Source: Parcubacteria group bacterium
GTDB lineage: Bacteria > Patescibacteriota > Minisyncoccia > 2-02-FULL-40-12 > IGHO2-01-FULL-4-A
Reading direction: 5' to 3'
Assembly: GCA_043821485.1 (NCBI GenBank)
Contig: JBDRCU010000057.1
Span: 598 to 64,597, forward strand
DNA: 64,000 nt
The position numbers were made by a program, and so were the translations under genes. Below the pieces are notes generated by a model that saw only the letters and a list, made by a program, of their open reading frames with translations, did no database searches and was not told the DNA's origin. Shown in pieces: positions 27,230 to 38,092 of this stretch; position 1 is the stretch's first letter, and the number at the start of each line of letters is the position of its first letter.

Positions 27230-28528
27230 ATGGATCATGAAGCATTAAAACAGGATATGGATGTCTACAATGCTTTGTCTGGCGAGCAGAATCGTGTTCG
27301 AGATGGCATTGAGCTAATACCTTCAGAGAACTATGTTTCCCGTGCTGTACTTGAGGCATTGGGTTCGGTTTTTACCAATAAATATGCTGAAGGGTATCCA
27401 GGGAGGAGGTATTATGGAGGTAATAAATATACGGATATTATTGAAACTCTTGCTATTGAGCGTGCCAAGAAGATTTTTAAATCCGATCATGCCAATGTTC
27501 AGCCTTTGTCCGGCTCTCCAATGAATCAGGCGGTATATCTGGCTTTGCTTCAACCCGGAGACACAATAATGGGTATGGATTTAACTCATGGAGGGCATCT
27601 TACGCATGGTCATCCAGTTAGTCATATGGGTAAGCTATTTAATTGGATTAGGTATAAGACTCATCCGGAGAATGAGGGCAAAATTGATTTTGATGAATTG
27701 ATGGAGCTTGCTAAGAAGCATAAACCCAAGATAGTTTTGTGCGGTTATACCAGCTATCCGCGGGATTATGACTATGCTGATTTTAAACGTGTTGCAGATG
27801 AAGTCGGAGCTTTTGCTATGGCAGATGTTGCACATATCGGAGGCCTTATTGCAGGAGGCGTAATGCGAAATCCATTTGATTACGGTTTTGATATTGTTAA
27901 TACAACAACACATAAGACTTTGCGCGGTCCAAGAGGCGGTATAATTTTGACCAAAGGTAAGCCGGGCAATCCTTTGAAAAAAGTTGAGATAAGTAAAGAG
28001 AATTTGCCCGTGATTATGGATAGATCTGTATTCCCAGGTCTTCAAGGAGGTCCGCATATGAATAATATAGCAGGTATTGCTGTGGCCTTGGGCGAAGCAT
28101 TGAAACCGGAATTTAAGGAATACACAAAGCAAATACTTGTTAATGCTAAGGCATTAGCTGATGAGTTAATGAAGCGTGGAGCAGTGCTTGTAACAGGTGG
28201 TACGGATAATCATATGATGGTGATTGACTGTGTTAAGTCATTTAATATGGATGGAGGTAAAGTTGAGAAGATCCTTGATTTAGTTGGGATTACTACGAAT
28301 AAGAGTCCTGTGCCAGATGATACCAATCCTCCGTTTACTCCAAGCGGTCTTCGAATAGGCACGCCAGCAGCGACTACGCGAGGGATGAAAGAGGACGATA
28401 TGCGGTGTTTGGCAGGATGGATTATTGAAGTTATTGAGCATAATAAAGAACAGGCTAATCTTGATAGATTACAAAAAGAAATTAAAGACTTTTGTCATCA
28501 GTTTTCAATACCGGGGATAGAGTCTTAG
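27230..28528 (+). CDS. glyA: serine hydroxymethyltransferase
   Basis: PLP-lysine motif TTTHKTLRGPRGG and overall SHMT length and signature. Confidence 0.95.
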   Translation: MDHEALKQDMDVYNALSGEQNRVRDGIELIPSENYVSRAVLEALGSVFTNKYAEGYPGRRYYGGNKYTDIIETLAIERAKKIFKSDHANVQPLSGSPMNQAVYLALLQPGDTIMGMDLTHGGHLTHGHPVSHMGKLFNWIRYKTHPENEGKIDFDELMELAKKHKPKIVLCGYTSYPRDYDYADFKRVADEVGAFAMADVAHIGGLIAGGVMRNPFDYGFDIVNTTTHKTLRGPRGGIILTKGKPGNPLKKVEISKENLPVIMDRSVFPGLQGGPHMNNIAGIAVALGEALKPEFKEYTKQILVNAKALADELMKRGAVLVTGGTDNHMMVIDCVKSFNMDGGKVEKILDLVGITTNKSPVPDDTNPPFTPSGLRIGTPAATTRGMKEDDMRCLAGWIIEVIEHNKEQANLDRLQKEIKDFCHQFSIPGIES

Positions 28529-28556
28529 ATTACGATGCTACTGTCTCTAAATGCGA

Positions 28557-28578
28557 AAACCGCCCGAAGGCGGGTTTC
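28557..28578. terminator. bidirectional terminator hairpin AAACCGCCC-gaag-GGCGGGTTT
   Basis: Seen directly between the convergent glyA and ORF 28594..28920. Confidence 0.6.
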
Positions 28579-28593
28579 AGCCTTGGGCGGGTT

Positions 28594-28920
28594 CTACGGA
28601 AGGAACTGTACTGGATCTCGGACAACGAAATGAGATAGATTCTCGCCGACGTGGCTTTTGAGAAAGAGCCTACTGAAGACGTCCTTAGCTGTCGTAGGCA
28701 CGTCTTTATTGTCCCATGCCACCATCCAGTCATGTTTGCCTGTAGGTACTTCTCCTGGATTGAAGGTTTGGAGATGAATCTTTATGATCTTCTCACCCTT
28801 CCTGTAGAAGAAGGTGTACACACAGCCGATTCTGACTGAAACAAGTTGCACCTCTAGGGTTTCTGGCTTATCCTCGCGGACTTTTGCGAGGAATGTTTCA
28901 GGAGTAAGCATTGTATTCAT
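28594..28920 (-). CDS. hypothetical protein (108 aa)
   Basis: ORF with moderately elevated GC; no motifs recognised. Confidence 0.4.
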   Translation of the reverse strand: MNTMLTPETFLAKVREDKPETLEVQLVSVRIGCVYTFFYRKGEKIIKIHLQTFNPGEVPTGKHDWMVAWDNKDVPTTAKDVFSRLFLKSHVGENLSHFVVRDPVQFLP

Positions 28921-29035
28921 TCTGTCCTCCTCGGTTTATATACAAGTATCAGTCATATACCATATTTAGCAAGTCCGTTCTGTAGATATCTATATTAATG
29001 TTGGTTGATTTGTGTACATGTAGTAAAATATATCT

Positions 29036-29575
29036 ATGAAAGAAGATATAGATTATAGTGCATATGGAATGGATGAAGATGTGGCTATAGGCGAGCCGCA
29101 GTTTATCTTTCCTCCTGAATCAGCATCATGGTCAGGTCCGCTTTACTATGTTCGCGGACATAGGCGCAATACGATAATTACGGCAATCGTGCTTTTTGCA
29201 ATTGCTGGTTTAGTTTATATCTTTGACAGCAATCTATTGACTACAGTCGTCATTGCTTTGCTTGGTGTACTTATCCTTGTCACCTCTCATAAGAAGGCAC
29301 CTATTGTTGAATTTGAGGTCTCGAGTGTAGGAGTATCAGTTGATGATAAAGCGTATTTAATTAATGATCTTGAATCATTTTGGATAGATTATGTTCCAGA
29401 ACTGGATGTATATGAATTGAGTCTGCAATTGAAGCAATGGCATAAATCTTATGTAAAAATTCCTCTTCAGGCGCAGGATCCTGTTCAAATTAGGGATATT
29501 CTGCTAGAGTTCGTACCCGAAGAAGAACATCATGTAACTCTTGAAGAAAAGCTTCGCCATAAGATTGGGATATAG
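29036..29575 (+). CDS. hypothetical membrane protein (2 TM)
   Basis: Two hydrophobic helices; no motifs. Confidence 0.5.
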   Translation: MKEDIDYSAYGMDEDVAIGEPQFIFPPESASWSGPLYYVRGHRRNTIITAIVLFAIAGLVYIFDSNLLTTVVIALLGVLILVTSHKKAPIVEFEVSSVGVSVDDKAYLINDLESFWIDYVPELDVYELSLQLKQWHKSYVKIPLQAQDPVQIRDILLEFVPEEEHHVTLEEKLRHKIGI

Positions 29576-29579
29576 TATT

Positions 29580-29651
29580 GCACCCATAGTTTAACGGATA
29601 GAACGCGGACTTGCGGAGTCCGTGATCGAGGTTCGATTCCTCGTGGGTGCA
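29580..29651 (+). tRNA. tRNA-Arg (anticodon GCG)
   Basis: Acceptor GCACCCA/UGGGUGC, anticodon stem CGGAC/GUCCG with loop UUGCGGA, T-arm CGAGG-UUCGAUU-CCUCG, discriminator A; CCA not encoded. Confidence 0.75.
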
Positions 29652-29717
29652 CTAGACTCATTGAACTCATTGCGATACAGTATTACTAGGTCGTATGTAT
29701 TTAATTTACTATATTAT

Positions 29718-29967
29718 TATGGCCAAGAAATTAGGAGAGGTGACCCATTGGTATGATAAGCTTGGAGTTGCAGTACTTAAGCTTACTGCCAATTTGAACA
29801 AAGGAGACGCCATTAAAGTCGTACGCGGTGATGCTGAATTTGAAGATACTGTATCTTCAATGCAGGTAGATCACGAAGATGTAGAGTCTGCGAAAAAAGG
29901 CGATGAAGTGGCTCTTAAGCTTTCACAGAAAGCAAAGCAAGGGTCTGAAATATACCTTTCCGAATAA
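29718..29967 (+). CDS. small EF-Tu domain-2-like beta-barrel protein (translation elongation factor-like small protein)
   Basis: MAKKLGEVTHWYDKLGVAVLKL...GDAIKVVRG...VSSMQVDHEDVESAKKGDEVALKL matches the common ~80-aa standalone family. The start is placed at the internal ATG 29718. Confidence 0.5.
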
Positions 29968-29985
29968 TTATTTAACTAGAATATT

Positions 29986-30663
29986 ATGAAAGTATTATTC
30001 ATATTGATACTTATTATTGTTGCGCTTACGTTGTGGTTTGGATTCATCAAAGATGATGGCGGAGACGTAGTTGTTGATGGTATGCATACTGAAACACCCA
30101 CGCCAGCAGATACCGAAACACCTGATGATATTGCCACGCCTGTGCCTCCGGGTACGCCTTCAGATGACGAGGATGATGACCAAGGTGGCGATATAATCTC
30201 GGATACATCTGATTGGCAGGTTATTACGAATGAACGCGAAGGGTATGAAGTAAAAATCCACCCATGGTGGTGGTGGAGCAGATATTATAATGTAGATGAC
30301 GAGACAGTGAGTATTCTTGGTTTTGATACATCTTCATTGGAAGACAAACCCTATTCTTCTGCGCCAATCCAGATACGTACTACAACAGATGAGAGATATT
30401 TAGATGATGTTGCACCGCAGTGTCTGAAATCGTACGACAGAGATTATTGTATGTTACTGATTGAATCAAGTGAAAATATTAAAGTTGATGGTGTCTCTGG
30501 AAAACGTTTTCTTAACAGAGGAGATAGTAATGAAGCATGGGGATTGCATAGGGTTGTTGTGGAACATGACGATTTGATCTATGAGTTTTCTTTTAATGAA
30601 TCGGGCGGAGATCACTTGGATATCTTCAACACCATAGTAGATAGTTTTAGATTCTTAGACTAA
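29986..30663 (+). CDS. hypothetical membrane-anchored secreted protein with acidic Pro-rich linker
   Basis: N-terminal TM, TPxP linker, D/E-rich. Confidence 0.5.
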   Translation: MKVLFILILIIVALTLWFGFIKDDGGDVVVDGMHTETPTPADTETPDDIATPVPPGTPSDDEDDDQGGDIISDTSDWQVITNEREGYEVKIHPWWWWSRYYNVDDETVSILGFDTSSLEDKPYSSAPIQIRTTTDERYLDDVAPQCLKSYDRDYCMLLIESSENIKVDGVSGKRFLNRGDSNEAWGLHRVVVEHDDLIYEFSFNESGGDHLDIFNTIVDSFRFLD

Positions 30664-30680
30664 ATTAAGCCAAATATCAT

Positions 30681-30704
30681 AAAAGCCGCCAGAAGGCGGC
30701 TTTT
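30681..30704. terminator. terminator hairpin AAAAGCCGCC-agaa-GGCGGCTTTT
   Basis: Seen directly. Confidence 0.6.
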
Positions 30705-30723
30705 ATGATACAATAATCCCATA

Positions 30724-32889
30724 ATGATAGACCTCGATTCTTCAATTGATACATTGAGCCGCATTGGGCCTAAGGCTGTGCCTAAGTTTAAACGTCTTGG
30801 GATTGAGACCATACGAGATCTATTATGGCATTTCCCTTCGCGGTATGAGGACTTTAGCCAACTTACTGAAATTGCAGATATTACTGATAAAGGGCAGGTG
30901 GTGAGTGTGCGTGGAGTAATACGGTCTATCGAGGTAAGTCGTGCGTGGAGACGGCGCATGGTCATCGTGAATGCAGAGGTTGAAGACGATACGGGAAGCA
31001 TTCGAGTTGTGTGGTTCAATCAGCCATATATCGCAGATATGCTGTCTGAAGGCACTGTAGTGAGCCTGTCAGGCAAGGTGACATTGGATAAGCAGGGACT
31101 TTGTCTATCCAGCCCGTCATATGAGAAGGCAACAACCGATCTTAAGCATACAGGCAGACTCGTACCAGTTTATCCAGAGACTCAAGGAATCACTTCCAAG
31201 TACATACGTTTCCTTCTTAAACCAATCTTAAACTACCTCAAAACAATTCCCGATCCCCTACCAGAGGGCATCATTAAAAAGTATAAATTTCCAGAGGCAC
31301 TTAAGGCACTCCGCGATATCCATTTTCCAGATGAGATAGATGAGAACGAAAAGGCACGCAATAGGTTTGCATTTCAGGAGCTTATGCTGTTTCAACTTCG
31401 TGCTTTGCTTACCCGTAAAAAGATGCACACTCTCAAGGCTTCGCAGATAAAATTTGATAAAGACCTTGTAGCTGATTTTGTAAAAAAGCTTCCATTTAAG
31501 TTAACAGACGATCAGCGTGTGGCGACTTTTGAGATATTGCAGGATATTGAAAAGACTTATCCAATGAATAGATTACTCAATGGTGATGTAGGTGCTGGCA
31601 AGACTATCGTTGCCCTTATTGCAGCATATCAGGTGGTTCAAACAGAGCATCAGACAGTACTTATGGCTCCCACTGAAATTCTTGCCAAGCAACATTTTAA
31701 TACGATCATTTCCATTTTGACAGGAGGTTCAAAGAGGACAAAAATACCTAATATTAAGGTCGGATTATTGACCGGATCCCATGCTCGACAGTGGCCGACA
31801 GATGAGATTACAGAAGAAAAGATTTCCAAAAAGCTCATGCATGAAAAGATCAAAAATGGCGAGTTTGATATTGTAATTGGCACTCATGCTGTTATCCAAA
31901 AGGATGTTGCATTTAAGAGCCTCGGACTGGTTGTAATTGACGAACAGCATAGATTCGGTATTGAACAGCGTATGAAATTAGTTAAGACTAAGGGCTTAGT
32001 TCCTCACTTGCTATCAATGACTGCTACTCCGATACCCCGCAGTCTGGCACTTACAATATATGGGGATTTGGATGTGTCATTAATAAAGCAAAAGCCTCAA
32101 GGTAGGCGTGAAATATCTACAAAAGTGATATCGAATAAGAAACGAGATGAAGCTTATAAATCTATAGATAAGGAAATTGCTTCTGGTCGGCAAGTTTTTG
32201 TGATTTGTCCGAGAATTGAGCTATCGAAAGTAAATGGTAGCAGTAATGGCGATGAACTTGATCCTTCTAAGCCAGTTTCGCAAGCAAAACTTATGTGGGC
32301 AGAGGTCAAAGCTGTCACAGATGAATTTGAAAAATTATCTAAAAACATATTCCCCCACCGCAGACTTGCCATGCTCCATGGTAAGCTCAAGCCTAAGGAA
32401 AAAGAAAAAATCATGAGTGATTTTCGCGACGGAGTATACGATATGCTGGTTTCAACATCCGTAATAGAAGTTGGGGTTGATGTGCCTAATGCAACAATAA
32501 TGATGATTGAGTCAGCTGAACGATTCGGTCTTGCCCAGCTTCATCAGTTCAGGGGGCGCGTAGGCAGAGGTGAACATCAGTCTCACTGTCTGCTTTTTAC
32601 AAGTTCAGGAAATGGTATTTCAGGTCAAAGACTACGATCAATGGAAAAAATAAGTAGTGGCTTTGAGCTTGCAGAAATTGACCTTAAGCTCCGTGGTCCG
32701 GGTGAGTTTGCAGGTGTTAAACAATCAGGCATGCCTGACTTAACTATGTCATCTTTGGCAAATTTAGAGCTTATCAAAAAGACCCGTGCAGAAGCACAGG
32801 CATTACTCAAACAAGATCCAACCCTCAAAAAACATCCGTTACTGCTAATCGAACTTTCCAAGATGCAGAGAATGGTACACTTTGAATAA
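30724..32889 (+). CDS. recG: ATP-dependent DNA helicase RecG
   Basis: Wedge/OB N-terminal region. Helicase motifs GDVGAGKT, DEQHRFG, and a TATPIPRS-type motif. Confidence 0.9.
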   Translation: MIDLDSSIDTLSRIGPKAVPKFKRLGIETIRDLLWHFPSRYEDFSQLTEIADITDKGQVVSVRGVIRSIEVSRAWRRRMVIVNAEVEDDTGSIRVVWFNQPYIADMLSEGTVVSLSGKVTLDKQGLCLSSPSYEKATTDLKHTGRLVPVYPETQGITSKYIRFLLKPILNYLKTIPDPLPEGIIKKYKFPEALKALRDIHFPDEIDENEKARNRFAFQELMLFQLRALLTRKKMHTLKASQIKFDKDLVADFVKKLPFKLTDDQRVATFEILQDIEKTYPMNRLLNGDVGAGKTIVALIAAYQVVQTEHQTVLMAPTEILAKQHFNTIISILTGGSKRTKIPNIKVGLLTGSHARQWPTDEITEEKISKKLMHEKIKNGEFDIVIGTHAVIQKDVAFKSLGLVVIDEQHRFGIEQRMKLVKTKGLVPHLLSMTATPIPRSLALTIYGDLDVSLIKQKPQGRREISTKVISNKKRDEAYKSIDKEIASGRQVFVICPRIELSKVNGSSNGDELDPSKPVSQAKLMWAEVKAVTDEFEKLSKNIFPHRRLAMLHGKLKPKEKEKIMSDFRDGVYDMLVSTSVIEVGVDVPNATIMMIESAERFGLAQLHQFRGRVGRGEHQSHCLLFTSSGNGISGQRLRSMEKISSGFELAEIDLKLRGPGEFAGVKQSGMPDLTMSSLANLELIKKTRAEAQALLKQDPTLKKHPLLLIELSKMQRMVHFE

Positions 32890-32890
32890 G

Positions 32891-33883
32891 TTATCCATTG
32901 ATTGAGAAGATAAATTGATACAAGCCGTCTTTGAGGTCTATCATGCCGTTTTTGGAATTGAGCTCCAGTTCTTGGAGCTTACAGAAATGTTTTTTGAGGT
33001 CATTTAAATCGAAGTTTCGTACTTGTGTTGAAGTCTTTTGGATAACGAATGGGTGTAGTCTGGTTTTGTTGATTATTCCTGGTTGAGCTATGCCTTCTGC
33101 CATCATGCTTTTGATTTTTAACATATTTCTGAATTGATAGACCAGCATGGAGTGCAGATAATATGGGTCCATTCCTTTTTCCAATTGGCTGTAGAGCATC
33201 TTGGTTGCTACTCCCCTTTTGCGGGATGCTACGGCATCAGTGAAAGCAAATATATTAGGATTTATTATTGGTATAACAAGATTTTCTATGTCTTCAATCG
33301 TTGCCTTCTTGTCTTTGTTATTGTGTTTAGAATTTGCAATCTTTGCGAGTTCAGTTGCAATATGCCATGTGCGATCAGGCTTAGTGTCCTTGGCCATTTT
33401 ATTTTTATCCTGATTGGTGAGAGAATCTATGAGTTTCTGAGCAACATATCTGTCTATAATCAGCCCCATATTTAATGCCTCTTTAATAACCCATGAATTA
33501 AGACGCGTACCATCCAATGGTTCTATCTCTGTGGCAATAGCCTTCGAAGCAAGGTATTCAAATAGGTCTTTATTTTTCTTTTTGAGTTCAGCTTGATTTG
33601 AGCTCTCTGTGATTATTAATAAACGATCTTTGTCCTTGTCTACGTCATATTGTTTGAGCAGATCGAGTAATTTTTTATGTAAAAATCCATTGCGAATTAC
33701 GAGAATTTCTTTATCTGAAAAGAGTCCTGTTACTTTGATTTTTTCTTCGAGTTTTAGATAATCTTCATTTTCTTCGAGATTAAGATAGGACGTACCTGTG
33801 CCGTCTTTGGCGTGTTTTTTAGCAAGTTCTTTCGCCTTTTGCTTGATGCGATAAGCATCTTTTCCGTAAAGAAAGATGATCAT
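32891..33883 (-). CDS. holA: DNA polymerase III delta subunit
   Basis: N-terminal MIIFLYGKDAYRIKQK typical of HolA; helical clamp-loader fold length. Confidence 0.65.
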   Translation of the reverse strand: MIIFLYGKDAYRIKQKAKELAKKHAKDGTGTSYLNLEENEDYLKLEEKIKVTGLFSDKEILVIRNGFLHKKLLDLLKQYDVDKDKDRLLIITESSNQAELKKKNKDLFEYLASKAIATEIEPLDGTRLNSWVIKEALNMGLIIDRYVAQKLIDSLTNQDKNKMAKDTKPDRTWHIATELAKIANSKHNNKDKKATIEDIENLVIPIINPNIFAFTDAVASRKRGVATKMLYSQLEKGMDPYYLHSMLVYQFRNMLKIKSMMAEGIAQPGIINKTRLHPFVIQKTSTQVRNFDLNDLKKHFCKLQELELNSKNGMIDLKDGLYQFIFSING

Positions 33884-33890
33884 TGTGAGA

Positions 33891-34868
33891 TTAGTCTATA
33901 ACAATCTCTATCCAAATGCTACCATCTGCAAAAATCATTTCATCTCCATTTTCGTCATGGAACATGAGACTGCCTAAGTGTGATTTCTTTTCCCATCTGC
34001 CATTAATAAATTCCCCATTTTTGTAGAGGGTGGCATCTCCTGATCCAATAGTATCTACGCGGATATAGTCTACGCTTATCGGCGACCATGAAGTTCTCAT
34101 TATCATGACATTTGCTACCTCAACTTGTTCATCTGTATTTTTGTCTATTTCTGGCGTTCCTGCACGTATTCTGCTGTATGCATTAGTTTCTGCGTCATAA
34201 GACCATGACACTTCAAAATCATCTGTATATAGCACTGGAGGTTCGAGTGTTCCCTCACTTTCACTTTTTTCGTATTTGTAATCAATTCTTTCATCTGTTG
34301 TGCTATATCCTAAGTCTCGAGCCTTATCTATGAGATTATCATGTGTTGTAAAACCATCATGAGGCATTGGAATTCCATCCTTGCGATAGTAAACTGTTCC
34401 GTCGTATATCAAGCCATTAACATTATCTGTAACTCCGGCATTGAGCTGTTTAAGAGCTTCTGCCTCTCCTCCCCAGTGCGCATATATTGCATCAAGTCCC
34501 TGAACTAGAGGGATAAAATCCAGCCTTGCTGATCTGATTGATCCAATCTCTTTGGGATGTTCGCATTGATAAATTGCCATCATGCGGGTAACTCCTCCTT
34601 CTGTCACCGGCATTTCAAAAACAATATCTGCCTGACCGATTCCAGACAACGGACGGGGCTCCGGATCTGAAGAAAGCATTATGGCAACTGGCCGGCTGGT
34701 TGGGTTTTTACAATCTGATGGGGCGAATTTATCAAGCAGGCTGCCGTTATTATTGCCAATTTCAATGGTTTGCCTTCCGGCATCCGACAGAAGAAATGCA
34801 AGTAAAGCCAATGCTATAATGACAAAAATCCAGATATATAGTTTTGTTTTTGATATTCTTAATCTCAT
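33891..34868 (-). CDS. DUF3048-like secreted/membrane-anchored protein
   Basis: N-terminal TM. The architecture resembles the YerB/DUF3048 family (recalled similarity, low certainty). Confidence 0.5.
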   Translation of the reverse strand: MRLRISKTKLYIWIFVIIALALLAFLLSDAGRQTIEIGNNNGSLLDKFAPSDCKNPTSRPVAIMLSSDPEPRPLSGIGQADIVFEMPVTEGGVTRMMAIYQCEHPKEIGSIRSARLDFIPLVQGLDAIYAHWGGEAEALKQLNAGVTDNVNGLIYDGTVYYRKDGIPMPHDGFTTHDNLIDKARDLGYSTTDERIDYKYEKSESEGTLEPPVLYTDDFEVSWSYDAETNAYSRIRAGTPEIDKNTDEQVEVANVMIMRTSWSPISVDYIRVDTIGSGDATLYKNGEFINGRWEKKSHLGSLMFHDENGDEMIFADGSIWIEIVID

Positions 34869-37501
34869 TCTAATGGCTTCATTTCTTTCCAGTTAGTGCC
34901 TTGTTTAATATCTACGATTAATGGGACATCTAGCTTGTAAACTTTTTCCATTATAGCTTTTATTTCTGGAGCGACCTTGTTTATAATATCTTTTTGAACT
35001 TCAAATACAAGCTCATCATGCACCTGAAGCAGTGTGCGTATTTTATCAGTATTGTATTTCTCTTGGAGGTGTTTGTATACCTTTATCATGGCAAGCTTAA
35101 CAATATCTGCTGCAGTGCCTTGTATAGGCATGTTTATTGCCATACGTTCAGCTTGAGCGCGAAGTTGTTGAATACCAGAATCAATATTTGGGAAATATCT
35201 TCTGTGGCCGAAGATCGTTTCTACATAGCCTTTGCTATAAGCTTGATTCTTCGTATTTTCCATGTATTCTGCTATGCCTGAAAATTCTGCAAAGTACTTG
35301 TCCATAAACTCTCTGGCTTGAGCCTGATCTACTCCTGCAGTACGTGCAAAGCCTCTCACACCCATGCCATAGAGAATGCCGAAGTTGAGTACCTTGGCCT
35401 GTCGTCTGATGTCTTTGGTGACTTGCGATTCTGTAATTCCAAGCACTTCCATAGCAGTTCGCGTATGGATATCTTCCCCGTTTTTGAATGCTCTGATCAT
35501 CTTTTTATCCCCTGCTACATGCGCTGCTATACGCAAATCAATTTGAGAATAATCGAATGAAAGAAGTCTATAACCGCGTTCAGGGATGAATGCTTTTCTG
35601 AATTCTCTGCCGAGTTCCGTGCGTACTGGGATGTTTTGTAAGTTAGGATCTTTTGAAGAAAACCTTCCAGTTACAGTGCCTGTTTGATTGTATGTTGTAT
35701 GGATTCTTTCATCCTCATCTATCCATTCAGGAAAGGGTTCTATATAGGTTGTTTTCAGTTTCTGGAGCTCTCTGTATTGTAAAATCGGGTCAATTATTGG
35801 ATGCTCATCGCGGATTTTTTCTAACTCCGGAGCTGCTGTTGAGAGTGCTCCCCCGCTTGTTTTGCGTACCTTTGTTTTGAGTTTGAGGTTTTCAAAAAGC
35901 ACTGATCCAAGCTGTTGAGGAGAATTAATATTAAACTCACTCCCAGCAAGTTTATAGATTCGTCGCTCAAGTTTGGAGAGCTCGCTTTTTGTGATTGTAA
36001 GCAGGTCAGCTAATATTTTGGTATCGATCTTAATGCCATTTAATTCCATGTCAGCAAGTACGGGAATTAAAGGTAATTCGATTTCTTCAAAGGCTTTTTT
36101 TGATGTACTGGACTGGAGTTTTTTGTCCAGATATTTTTTGAGTTGTAATATGCGGATGGGGAATTCTTGGGCTGATGTATTTGGTGGTATGGATTTGCCA
36201 AGTTCGCTTTGGCATAGATCAGACAGTTCATATTTGCCACTGCCGAGGTTTAGCATGTATGCGGCAATCATTGTATCAAAGAATTTTTTAGGCTGGATTT
36301 TTTGTTTTATAAAATGTTTCACGATTTGTTTCACGTCGTGTCCTATTATCGTAATATCAGGGTTATTTAGCACTTCTTTGATTGGTTTTGGTATAGGATT
36401 ATCCAATACAAAACAGCTTTTTCCATCCGAGCATCCATAAAGTTTCTCTTCCTTCTGTTCCATGTGGAACGCTGCTTCTTTTTGTTTTTTGATGCTGGTT
36501 GCTATTTTTTCCGGAGAGTCTTGAGATAAAGGTACTTCAGTCTTTGGTTTATTGAATCCCTTTGACGAAGATGACCCCATATCAAGTGTTGCTTGTGTGC
36601 CAAGACCGATGTTATCCAGACGTTTCATTAAACTTGAAAATCCATATTGGCGGAATAGATTTTCTATTTCAGTTCTATTTAGACGTTTTCTCCATTCGCT
36701 GTCTTTCATTGAAAATTTAATATCTACATCTGTAACAATAGTGGATAGTTGTTTGGAAAACATTGCCTGATCCTTATGCTCTCGAAGATTCTCTTGAAGC
36801 TTTTCTGAAACCTTGTCCTTTGATATCCCTGTTTTTGATTCAAGTTTTTTGTAGAGATTATCCAATGTCCCAAATTCCTGTATTAGTGCGGTTGCAGTTT
36901 TTTCTCCAATTCCAGGTACTCCGGGGATATTGTCAGACGGATCACCCTTAAGACCCTTGAAGTCATTCATTTGATCCGGCCTAAGACCATAGCGTGCTTT
37001 TACTGCTTTGTCGTCGTAAATGACTGTATCTCCCATTCCCCTCTTCATTGTTAGTATAATTACTTTTGTACCGTCAACTAATTGAAGCGTATCCAAATCC
37101 CCTGTTGCTACAATGATTTGAGTGTCTTTCTCCTTCTTGGCATTTTTAACAATGGTTCCGATTACGTCATCAGCTTCAAAACCCTGCTTTTCATAGATTG
37201 GTATTCCAAATGCTTTAACAATATCTTTGACTATTGGAAGCTGATCATAGAGTTCTTGAGGGGCTTTAACTCGATGTTCTTTGTATTCGGCAAATTCCTC
37301 ATGGCGAAAAGTTGGTCCTGCCAGATCAAAGGTTGCAACAATATAGTCAGGATTTAGATCCTTGATTGTCCGTATTAGTATTGAGCTAAAGCCAAAAGCA
37401 GCATTAGTAACCATGCCCGAGGGTCCGGTTAAAGGAGGCAAAGCGTGAAAAGCCCTATGTACCAAGGCATTCCCGTCAATCAATATTAGTTTCTTCTTCA
37501 T
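34865..37501 (-). CDS. polA: DNA polymerase I
   Basis: 5'-3' exonuclease N-terminus (LILIDGNALVHRAFHA) and polymerase motifs (DYSQIDLRIAAH, KVLNFGILYGMG, QVHDELVFE). Confidence 0.95.
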   Translation of the reverse strand: MKKKLILIDGNALVHRAFHALPPLTGPSGMVTNAAFGFSSILIRTIKDLNPDYIVATFDLAGPTFRHEEFAEYKEHRVKAPQELYDQLPIVKDIVKAFGIPIYEKQGFEADDVIGTIVKNAKKEKDTQIIVATGDLDTLQLVDGTKVIILTMKRGMGDTVIYDDKAVKARYGLRPDQMNDFKGLKGDPSDNIPGVPGIGEKTATALIQEFGTLDNLYKKLESKTGISKDKVSEKLQENLREHKDQAMFSKQLSTIVTDVDIKFSMKDSEWRKRLNRTEIENLFRQYGFSSLMKRLDNIGLGTQATLDMGSSSSKGFNKPKTEVPLSQDSPEKIATSIKKQKEAAFHMEQKEEKLYGCSDGKSCFVLDNPIPKPIKEVLNNPDITIIGHDVKQIVKHFIKQKIQPKKFFDTMIAAYMLNLGSGKYELSDLCQSELGKSIPPNTSAQEFPIRILQLKKYLDKKLQSSTSKKAFEEIELPLIPVLADMELNGIKIDTKILADLLTITKSELSKLERRIYKLAGSEFNINSPQQLGSVLFENLKLKTKVRKTSGGALSTAAPELEKIRDEHPIIDPILQYRELQKLKTTYIEPFPEWIDEDERIHTTYNQTGTVTGRFSSKDPNLQNIPVRTELGREFRKAFIPERGYRLLSFDYSQIDLRIAAHVAGDKKMIRAFKNGEDIHTRTAMEVLGITESQVTKDIRRQAKVLNFGILYGMGVRGFARTAGVDQAQAREFMDKYFAEFSGIAEYMENTKNQAYSKGYVETIFGHRRYFPNIDSGIQQLRAQAERMAINMPIQGTAADIVKLAMIKVYKHLQEKYNTDKIRTLLQVHDELVFEVQKDIINKVAPEIKAIMEKVYKLDVPLIVDIKQGTNWKEMKPLE

Positions 37502-37525
37502 AGTTCTGCTATCACTTTAACACGG

Positions 37526-38002
37526 TTAGAGACTGATTTGTATATTTCTGGTTGTGATGTCCTTGTGATCGATTTTGATGGTTATACTGTTTTTTGGGAT
37601 GAGCTTGCCTAGCTTCTCTGGCCATTCTATGAGAACGATATTAGAAGGGTCGTTCAGAAATTCTTCGATGTTTAGAGTCTCGATATCTTCCTTGGTATCC
37701 ATGCGATAAGCATCAATATGGATTAGCTGTTTAAAGCCGGATTTCTGTTTATCTCTCTCACCTCTTTGTGGAACATTATATTGTTTCACAATAACGAATG
37801 TTGGGCTAGTGATATGGTTTTGTATACCTAATGCCTTGGCAAAAGCTTTGGCAAATGTAGTTTTACCAGTGCCAAGATCGCCTTGTAGGCGAATGATTTG
37901 GGCCTTAGTACGAGAGGCAGTAGAGTCATCTTTAAGTATCTGTAGTGCTATTTCCTTGACTAATTGATCTACCTGCTTAAGATCATATGTTCCATTTTTC
38001 AT
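37526..38002 (-). CDS. tsaE: tRNA threonylcarbamoyladenosine biosynthesis ATPase TsaE
   Basis: P-loop LQGDLGTGKTTF; TsaE-typical length of 158 aa. Confidence 0.8.
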   Translation of the reverse strand: MKNGTYDLKQVDQLVKEIALQILKDDSTASRTKAQIIRLQGDLGTGKTTFAKAFAKALGIQNHITSPTFVIVKQYNVPQRGERDKQKSGFKQLIHIDAYRMDTKEDIETLNIEEFLNDPSNIVLIEWPEKLGKLIPKNSITIKIDHKDITTRNIQISL

Positions 38003-38092
38003 ATATTTATCTTAGCATTTTAACGATTTTTTCAAAGGAGGGTTGCGAGAAATAATGATAATGATAAAATTGGGATTAAAGGAGAATTCGCC

